38,551 nt of DNA from a virus: IMG/VR virus record IMGVR_UViG_3300029110_000001; one strand, written 5' to 3'. How positions within the stretch are numbered: the first letter of the stretch is position 1; every line of letters begins with the position of its first letter. Positions 32,632 to 38,429 of this stretch are shown here, one piece after another. A program made the translations under genes and the position numbers. Under the pieces are notes generated by a model. It saw only the letters and a list, made by a program, of their open reading frames with translations. It ran no database searches and was not told the DNA's origin.

Positions 32632-34068
32632 CTATAATTTCCATAAAATAACGATGGTTTCACTAGTAACTCTAACCTTGCTTATCAAGGCGCGTGCTAT
32701 GGCTTTTTGCTGATCGTAGTCAAGGCTAAATACATCCTTGGTATCAAGTACCCGTTTAATATCTTCCTTTCGTTCTACGGCTTTAACAGAGCTGTCAGCG
32801 TCTAGCTCTTTTTCAAGAGCTGTTCTTTCTGCCATAAAGTCGCTTGACCGTTTTTGTAATTCCTCTAGTGAAATCCTATCGTCGATGTATAGATCATTAA
32901 GCCTGCTAATTTTAGCGGTCAGATTATCAATCTGTTTCTGGTAACTATCACGGTCTATTGTCTCTTTTCCAGTGTTTGAAAATAGCTTGTCGATATAGTC
33001 TGAATCAGTTTGCAACTTGCTGATTTCAGTTAGGACGAAGTGCTCTATATCATCCTTGAAATAGAACCCAGAATCACACTTTTCATTGTTGTTATATACC
33101 GTCACACCCTTGGTTTTTCGAGGGTGTCGCTGCTTACACTCATACTTGACTAAGCGTGTGCCGTCTTTTCGTTTCATGCCCAGCTTGATGGCAAGAGGGG
33201 CTGAACAATAGCCGCATTGAGCTATACCAGAAAGCATGTATTTAGCTTGAAATGGCCTTGGATTGAAACGCTGGGCGGCTGTCCTTTGTCTCGTTTTAAT
33301 TTCCTCTTGCGTCTTGTTAAAATCTTCCTCGGAAATGATGGGCTCATGAGTGCCGGGGAAGATCTGGCCCTTGAATTGATTATATCCACAATATACCGGA
33401 TTTGAGAGGATAACCCTAACTGTCCTATAGTTCCACTCTTTATCTTGCCCGTATTGCTCATTTAGAGTGTCTCTGAGCTTGGTTATCGACATACCTGATA
33501 AATACCATTCGAACATCTTTCGGACGATTAGTGCTTGATATGGATTGATTGAGAGTGTGCCCGTCTCTTTGATGTAATCATAGCCAAACGAAGTCTTTGC
33601 CCACTGCATCGACTTGCCGGACTTTGCTCGCCCTAGCTTGCCTAACTGCATGCGTTCCTTGATTTGTTCTCTTTCGAGTTGGGCAAACACGCTGAGGAGC
33701 CCAATCATAGCCTTACCGAATGGCGTTGAGGTGTCGAAGTTTTCGAGCAAACTGACAAATTCTATATCATTTTCCAGAAATACATCTTCAATCAGATAGA
33801 GTGTATCTTTCTGACTACGACTTAACCGGTCTAGCTTATACACTAGGACCGTATCAAACAGCTTTCTCTTTGCGTCTCTTATCAACTGCTCTAGTGCTGG
33901 GCGTTCCGTGTTAGACCCGGAGAAACCGCCGTCTGTGTATATCTCGTAAATATTCCAGTCCTTAATATCGCAGTAGCTTGTCAGCTTTGCTTTTTGTTCA
34001 TCGATAGAATAGCCCTCATCAACCTGCGATGTGGTTGATACTCGGACATAGATAGCTACTTTATGCAT
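32632..34068 (-). CDS. int: Large serine recombinase (integrase), 478 aa
   Basis: An N-terminal resolvase catalytic domain (VAIYVRVSTTSQ ... YKLDRLSRS), a recombinase domain, a Cys-containing zinc-ribbon region (CGYCSAPL ... YECKQRH) and a C-terminal coiled coil. Confidence 0.92.
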   Translation of the reverse strand: MHKVAIYVRVSTTSQVDEGYSIDEQKAKLTSYCDIKDWNIYEIYTDGGFSGSNTERPALEQLIRDAKRKLFDTVLVYKLDRLSRSQKDTLYLIEDVFLENDIEFVSLLENFDTSTPFGKAMIGLLSVFAQLEREQIKERMQLGKLGRAKSGKSMQWAKTSFGYDYIKETGTLSINPYQALIVRKMFEWYLSGMSITKLRDTLNEQYGQDKEWNYRTVRVILSNPVYCGYNQFKGQIFPGTHEPIISEEDFNKTQEEIKTRQRTAAQRFNPRPFQAKYMLSGIAQCGYCSAPLAIKLGMKRKDGTRLVKYECKQRHPRKTKGVTVYNNNEKCDSGFYFKDDIEHFVLTEISKLQTDSDYIDKLFSNTGKETIDRDSYQKQIDNLTAKISRLNDLYIDDRISLEELQKRSSDFMAERTALEKELDADSSVKAVERKEDIKRVLDTKDVFSLDYDQQKAIARALISKVRVTSETIVILWKL

Positions 34069-34169
34069 TGTGTTTGTACCTCGTTTTTGATAAAATGGGT
34101 ACAGAAAAAAGAAAGTATAACCTCAATTCGTTTTTACTGGTTAGACCTTGTTTTTTTCTGTGATGCATA

Positions 34170-34214
34170 AGCTCTATAATCTAACTTTGGCGAGGGAGAT
34201 TATAGGGCTTTTTT
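34170..34214 (+). terminator. Strong plus-strand intrinsic terminator between int and the lipoprotein gene
   Basis: agctctataatct (34170-34182) pairs with agattatagggct (34197-34209): 13 bp including 1 G-U, with a 14-nt loop, then T5 (34210-34214). There is no U-tract in the minus orientation. Confidence 0.65.
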
Positions 34215-34220
34215 ATTGTC

Positions 34221-34649
34221 TTATTTCAGATTTTGGACAGCGTAGTCAGCTTCTTCTTGTGTAAATTTGTCGAAATTTACCAATTGATCACGTATTGCGT
34301 CTGGAGACATAGCCACAGTATCTTGATATTGTTTCGCTTTTTCAACAGCTTGTTTGTTGTAATCAATACCAGAATTCTCTACAGCATAGTCAGCGGCCTC
34401 TTGAGAGTATTTATCAAAACTTACTAGTTGAGCACGCAATCCCTCTTTAGACATATAAACGGTACTAGCGTACTGCTTAGCTTTGGTTACAGCTGTTTTG
34501 TACTCCTTGGGGACTTTGCTCTCACTTGACTGCTCAGTTTTAGCCTTTGACGTCGAGCTAGTTTGAGAAGACGTGCTTTTGGCTTGAGAACAAGCAGCAA
34601 GGCTTACAATGGAAAGGCTTATTAAGCCGATAGACAATATTTTTTTCAT
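34221..34649 (-). CDS. ltp: Ltp-type surface lipoprotein (superinfection-exclusion family), 142 aa
   Basis: A lipobox (LAAC) follows the signal peptide, then a Ser/Thr-rich linker. There are two repeats of A..KAKQY......MS.......QL..FDK(Y/F)(S/T)QE(A/E)ADYAV(E/Q)N. The position between int and the repressor matches TP-J34 ltp. Confidence 0.8.
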   Translation of the reverse strand: MKKILSIGLISLSIVSLAACSQAKSTSSQTSSTSKAKTEQSSESKVPKEYKTAVTKAKQYASTVYMSKEGLRAQLVSFDKYSQEAADYAVENSGIDYNKQAVEKAKQYQDTVAMSPDAIRDQLVNFDKFTQEEADYAVQNLK

Positions 34650-34697
34650 AAAATTTCCTCCCAGCTTTTAATGTGGTTCAGTGATTGCACATATTTT

Positions 34698-35066
34698 TTA
34701 AATTTCCTTTAGTTTTAAATATTCATTTTTTACAAACGTCTCATCACAAATCGTGGTGAGATTATATTTTTCCATGAAGTGTAAGTAATTGAAATCGTCC
34801 AGATTTTCATTTTTCAACAATTCATGAATCATAGTCCTATTTGCTTGAGCTTCAAACTTCTCCCGTAGACGCTCATAGTGTTTAGGATCGTGCTCTAAGT
34901 GCCCTAACTCATGCAGTAGGACCTTTAAACGTATTTCGATGGGTAAATCCCTATTGATGTAAATCACACGGTTAACAGGGTCTAGGAACCCATCTCGTGG
35001 CCATTGGCTAGAGTCGAACTCACAAAGAGACACGTCGAACTGCTCAAGCAATTCACTTTCAGTCAT
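34698..35066 (-). CDS. ImmA/IrrE-family zinc metalloprotease
   Basis: An HEXXH motif (LLHELGHLEH), 122 aa, immediately downstream of the XRE-type repressor gene. Confidence 0.8.
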   Translation of the reverse strand: MTESELLEQFDVSLCEFDSSQWPRDGFLDPVNRVIYINRDLPIEIRLKVLLHELGHLEHDPKHYERLREKFEAQANRTMIHELLKNENLDDFNYLHFMEKYNLTTICDETFVKNEYLKLKEI

Positions 35067-35072
35067 AGCACC

Positions 35073-35435
35073 TCATTCCTTGCTACTCATATAGCCGGCA
35101 ATGATGCCACGAATGGCACGCTTGTCATCCTCGGTAAGTGGTTTACCGTCGAACATCATTGCATTAGCTATGATTTCATCAATATCGTGGGCGTTGGTTG
35201 GTTGTTCCTCGGTGGTTTCTGGGCCATCTCCAAAAAGAATGTAATCTGTCGAAGTCCCCAAGGCTTGAGCTAATTTTACAATCTTTGTCCCCGTTGGAAT
35301 ACTAGCGCCGCTTTCCCACTTTGAAATAGTTGAGTCAGACTTATACCCTAACATTTTCGCTAACTCAAGTTGACTAATACCCTTGCTAGCTCTCAAGCTT
35401 TCAATTCTGCTTCCTCTTTGCTTATTCAAATCCAT
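35073..35435 (-). CDS. cI-like repressor (XRE-family HTH)
   Basis: The HTH is RIESLRASKGISQLELAKMLGYKSDSTISKWESG. It is divergent from the cro-like gene. Confidence 0.88.
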   Translation of the reverse strand: MDLNKQRGSRIESLRASKGISQLELAKMLGYKSDSTISKWESGASIPTGTKIVKLAQALGTSTDYILFGDGPETTEEQPTNAHDIDEIIANAMMFDGKPLTEDDKRAIRGIIAGYMSSKE

Positions 35436-35462
35436 ATCTTTCTCCTTGCTGTTTATATTAAT

Positions 35463-35491
35463 ATTATATAGTAGACTTTCCTAATTTTCAA
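35463..35491 (-). promoter_or_regulatory. Putative repressor promoter (TTGAAA-17 nt-TATAAT on the - strand)
   Basis: The -35 is the complement of tttcaa (35486-35491) and the -10 is the complement of attata (35463-35468). The spacer is exactly 17 nt. Confidence 0.6.
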
Positions 35492-35541
35492 GTTAATTTA
35501 TAAAAAAACCAAAAAAACTTGAAAAAAAATCAACAAAACTG

Positions 35542-35570
35542 TTGACATTGAATTTAATTCAAGTTATAAT
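35542..35570 (+). promoter_or_regulatory. Early lytic promoter (consensus TTGACA-17 nt-TATAAT)
   Basis: TTGACA at 35542-35547 and TATAAT at 35565-35570. The spacer is occupied by the operator palindrome. Confidence 0.8.
35547..35564. promoter_or_regulatory. Operator palindrome (a)TTGAATTtAATTCAAGT within the lytic promoter spacer
   Basis: Dyad symmetry read directly. It has the same core as the perfect palindrome at 35824-35842. Confidence 0.65.
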
Positions 35571-35603
35571 ACATTTGTAAGTTAGTTAGAGAGGAGGAAC
35601 AAA

Positions 35604-35807
35604 ATGACAAAAACAGTTCCAAAGATTACAATCAAAGAACTTCGAGCCCGTCATAATCTAACACAGGCGAAATTCGCTGAAAGCATTGGTACTACAGCTC
35701 AAACGGTTAGCGCTTGGGAGAAAAATGCTCTTTCTATTTCTCCTAAGCACATGGTAACTATTTGTAATAAATACCACATTAAATCATCTGATTTGTACGG
35801 TATTTGA
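35604..35807 (+). CDS. Cro-like XRE-family HTH protein (67 aa)
   Basis: RBS GAGGAGG upstream. The HTH is LTQAKFAESIGTTAQTVSAWEKN. Confidence 0.85.
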   Translation: MTKTVPKITIKELRARHNLTQAKFAESIGTTAQTVSAWEKNALSISPKHMVTICNKYHIKSSDLYGI

Positions 35808-35823
35808 TATTTTTTACAGTAAA

Positions 35824-35842
35824 ACTTGAATTTAATTCAAGT
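35824..35842. promoter_or_regulatory. Distal operator copy: a perfect 9+1+9 palindrome, ACTTGAATTTAATTCAAGT
   Basis: Read directly. It lies 17 nt after the cro stop and upstream of the nuclease-like gene. Confidence 0.65.
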
Positions 35843-35866
35843 CAAGAATTAAGAAAGGAAGTGGCA

Positions 35867-36427
35867 ATGAACGAATTAATTAATGTTACGTTAAACAAGG
35901 ATTATGAGTTTATTTCTTTTGAAGAATTGTTTTTGTGGGCAGCTAGAGAAAAGCAAAAATGCAATTACAACTCACAACAAATCAAAAGGTTGAGAACTTT
36001 TATTAAAGATAAATATCTGAATAAGTTCCAAGGAACAATATATCTCATTGACTTTTTAGATTTAGAATTCATTCACGCCCTAGAATGTGAAAACGGCAGG
36101 GAAAATCGTGAAAATGATATGCAGAATTATATCTGTCAAAACTTCGAAACGCTGTTTCCTAATTTTGAATTTGTAAAAAGTGAATTTGCAATAAAAAGTG
36201 GCCGAATTGACATTTTAGCAGAAGAAAAAAGCAGCAAGCGACCAGTGATTATTGAATTGAAAACGGATAATAAAAATCCGACTATTCAATTATTAGCCTA
36301 TTCAAAAGAATTTATCAATCCAATTTTAATAGGAGTCACCGAGAAGAAACTTGCCAATTCAAAAATGGACGACGATATTACATATTATGTTATGAACAAT
36401 AAAAAAATGGAAGAGGTGATTAAATGA
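35867..36427 (+). CDS. PD-(D/E)XK nuclease-like protein (NucS/DUF91- or Shedu-like core), 186 aa, AT-rich
   Basis: I prefer ATG 35867, which follows AAGAAAGGAAG. The track start at 35804 would run through the operator. The core reads EFAIKSGRIDILAEEKSSKRPVIIELK ... TIQLLAYS (D ... E.K, then Q..Y). Confidence 0.6.
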   Translation: MNELINVTLNKDYEFISFEELFLWAAREKQKCNYNSQQIKRLRTFIKDKYLNKFQGTIYLIDFLDLEFIHALECENGRENRENDMQNYICQNFETLFPNFEFVKSEFAIKSGRIDILAEEKSSKRPVIIELKTDNKNPTIQLLAYSKEFINPILIGVTEKKLANSKMDDDITYYVMNNKKMEEVIK

Positions 36428-37164
36428 ATGAGTTGATTCGTATAGATTTCAAAGACGACAGTGCTGTTGTTTCAGCTCGTGACTTACATAGAAGTTTAGA
36501 GGTTAAAACCCGCTTCAGTCAGTGGGTTGAGCAAAACTTCAAAATGTTTAAAGAGAACGAAGACTTTAGCTCCGTAGTTACAACTACACAGCAAAATCAA
36601 TACGGCGGAACAAAGAAATTACAAGACTATGCCGTCACAATCCGAATGGCCGAACATCTAGCTATGATGTCGAAAACAAGTAAAGGACATGAAGTTAGAG
36701 AATACTTCATCCAAGTAGAAAAGGACTTCAACAGCCCAGAGAAAATCATGGCTAGGGCGTTGCTCATGGCTGATAAGAAAATCAAGCTCTTGGAAAGTCA
36801 AAACGAAAACCTCTTGATTGAGTTGGAAGAAGCGACTAAAAACGCTGATTACCTAGATTTAATCTTGCAGACCAAGGACAGCTTGACAATCACCCAAATT
36901 GCTCAAGATTATGGAATGTCAGCTCGCAAAATGAACCAACTCTTGAAGCGAGAGCGAATCCAACGCACTGTCAATGGTCAGTGGGTACTATATGCTAAAT
37001 ACCTTGCTAAAGGCTACGCAACAAGCCGAACATTTGATTATGTTGGTAAAGACGGCAAACCCCACAGCAACATGACAACAGTCTGGACGCAGCTTGGAAG
37101 ACGTTTCCTATACGAGCGTTTAAAAGCTATCGACATCCTGCCAATCATCGAACAAGAGGATTGA
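36424..37164 (+). CDS. Antirepressor (AntA-like N-terminal domain plus KilAC C-terminal domain)
   Basis: The N-terminus VSARDLHRSLEVKTRFSQWVEQNF...ENEDF fits AntA/AntB. The C-terminus LTITQIAQDYGMSARKMNQLL...W.LYAKYLAKGY fits KilAC. Confidence 0.8.
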   Translation: MNELIRIDFKDDSAVVSARDLHRSLEVKTRFSQWVEQNFKMFKENEDFSSVVTTTQQNQYGGTKKLQDYAVTIRMAEHLAMMSKTSKGHEVREYFIQVEKDFNSPEKIMARALLMADKKIKLLESQNENLLIELEEATKNADYLDLILQTKDSLTITQIAQDYGMSARKMNQLLKRERIQRTVNGQWVLYAKYLAKGYATSRTFDYVGKDGKPHSNMTTVWTQLGRRFLYERLKAIDILPIIEQED

Positions 37165-37173
37165 GGATGTCAT

Positions 37174-37307
37174 CTTGACGGCACTAGTGAGCTAGCGGGG
37201 CAACGATTCAGTTGAAACGTAAGCAATACCATTAGATGATTTGATTTATAAAAACTCCTAAAAATTAGTAAATTCAAAGACCTCGCTAGTTCTCTAGTGT
37301 CGTCAAG
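37174..37307 (+). repeat. Long imperfect inverted repeat with 27-bp arms (37174-37200 and 37281-37307) around an 80-nt loop
   Basis: Hand pairing with i + j = 74481 gives 23 Watson-Crick pairs, 3 G-U pairs on the + strand only, and 1 T/T mismatch. It starts 10 nt after the antirepressor stop. Confidence 0.8.
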
Positions 37308-37373
37308 GCAACAAAAAAGGCTGACCCCTGCCAGAGTCAGACCCTAAGATATTGAAATCAAGGTAATTATAAC

Positions 37374-37514
37374 ATGAAACGAAAAAAATGGGAACCAGTC
37401 ATAATCAACATTATGGCAGACGGTTCCAGAGTTGATGATCTAACTAAGTACACGATACCAGCAGGGCATAGCTACTACGATATCGTGGCAAGCATCTACC
37501 AGAAAGGAGCATAG
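37374..37514 (+). CDS. Small hypothetical protein (46 aa)
   Basis: An ORF from ATG 37374 to TAG 37512-37514 (MKRKKWEPVIINIMADGSRVDDL...). It is too short for the track and its RBS is weak. Confidence 0.45.
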   Translation: MKRKKWEPVIINIMADGSRVDDLTKYTIPAGHSYYDIVASIYQKGA

Positions 37515-37524
37515 GTCATGGGAT

Positions 37525-37890
37525 ATGAAGTATATCCAACGAAACATCGACAGTAACTATACTCAAATGAATAACCACTCAGCCCAAAACGCTGAACTGA
37601 GTTTACAAGCTAAAGGCTTGTTATGGGTGCTAATGACCAACAAAGACGATTGGCGGCCTTACATTGAGGAACTTTCCAAGCGTTCAAAAAGCGGCAGAGA
37701 TGCACACCGAACAGCCTTTAACGAATTGAAGAAAGCGGGATATATCCGTATCTATCGAAAGAGTTCGGGACGTGGTAAAGGGGTTCAGACCTATCCGCTT
37801 GTCCAAGACATACCGATTACAGATAGCTATTGGAATTATTGGGTTAGTCGGATTGAAAAAGAGTTATCCACAGAAGTTGTGGATAACTGA
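37525..37890 (+). CDS. Winged-helix replication-initiator-like protein (121 aa)
   Basis: LSLQAKGLLWVLMTN...AFNELKKAGYIRIYR resembles the wHTH of plasmid/phage replication organisers, and DnaA boxes and iterons follow directly. The start is uncertain: the best-spaced ATG (37518) opens only a 12-codon ORF in another frame. Confidence 0.5.
   Translation: MKYIQRNIDSNYTQMNNHSAQNAELSLQAKGLLWVLMTNKDDWRPYIEELSKRSKSGRDAHRTAFNELKKAGYIRIYRKSSGRGKGVQTYPLVQDIPITDSYWNYWVSRIEKELSTEVVDN
37863..37887. promoter_or_regulatory. Inverted pair of perfect DnaA boxes (TTATCCACA at 37864-37872 and TGTGGATAA at 37878-37886)
   Basis: Read directly. They form a 10-bp-arm palindrome, gttatccaca-gaagt-tgtggataac, overlapping the last codons of the Rep-like gene. 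Confidence 0.75.
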
Positions 37891-37906
37891 GTTACAACTT
37901 ACTGAC

Positions 37907-37987
37907 TTTACGTAAGTTGAAAAGTTCAAAAGTTGAATTTTACGTAAGTTGAAAAGTTCAAAAGTTGAAAAGTTCAAAAGTTGAAGA
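37907..37987. repeat. Iteron array: a 31-nt direct repeat (37907-37937 and 37939-37969) plus an extra 16-nt unit, built from 8-nt phased GTT(G/C)AAAA octamers
   Basis: tttacgtaagttgaaaagttcaaaagttgaa occurs twice. Nine consecutive octamers run from 37916 to 37987. Confidence 0.9.
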
Positions 37988-37990
37988 ATC

Positions 37991-38130
37991 CGACACTAAT
38001 AATAACTAATAAACAATAAAGACTAAGTAATAATAATATGGCGTTGTCACGCACTAACCAACAACAATCTAGAGCCTACCGGCACTAATTAATAATAATT
38101 ACTAACTGATAACAATACAGTGATCATAGT
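37991..38130. repeat. AT-rich region with repeated ACTAA / (G/A)CACTAA(T/C) motifs and taataataa runs. Candidate DNA-unwinding element.
   Basis: acactaat begins at 37993, gcactaac at 38051 and gcactaat at 38082. Additional ACTAA pentamers are present. No ORF. Confidence 0.5.
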
Positions 38131-38156
38131 TAGAAGAATAAGAGAGGTAATCAAAA

Positions 38157-38420
38157 ATGGCTGATTTTAAATATAAGAAAATCCAAACCGCGCTAGGGAA
38201 CAACTGGCACGTAGTAGTGGATGGTTCATGGTTGTTCTATCCATGCGGTGAAAACTTGGACGAGGTCAAAGCGTTTGTGGAGAGTTACAAAGAAGCCGTA
38301 ATAGACAAACGTTATAGTCGTGAAAACTACGGTTTAGCTTATCACATTTGCGGGTACAACGGAGGCGCTCAAAGCCGTTTACGTGACAAATGGGCTGAGC
38401 GTGGTGTCCATGTATTCTAG
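38157..38420 (+). CDS. Hypothetical early protein (87 aa)
   Basis: An ORF with RBS AGAGAGG upstream. No motif recognised. Confidence 0.65.
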   Translation: MADFKYKKIQTALGNNWHVVVDGSWLFYPCGENLDEVKAFVESYKEAVIDKRYSRENYGLAYHICGYNGGAQSRLRDKWAERGVHVF

Positions 38421-38429
38421 GAGGTAAAA

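Noticed and set aside
32525-32713. 62-aa plus-strand hydrophobic ORF overlapping the 3' end of the integrase gene
   Set aside because: It has no RBS, crosses the candidate attP dyad and overlaps int antisense, so it is most likely spurious.
37916-37987. Similarity between the origin iterons (TTGAA-aag-TTCAA) and the immunity operators (ACTTGAA-ttt-aaTTCAAGT), read as evidence that the repressor binds the origin
   Set aside because: Only a 5-nt AT-rich half-word is shared. The flanking bases (AGTTGAA versus ACTTGAA) and the spacing (3 versus 5 nt) differ. This is too weak to support a claim without binding data.
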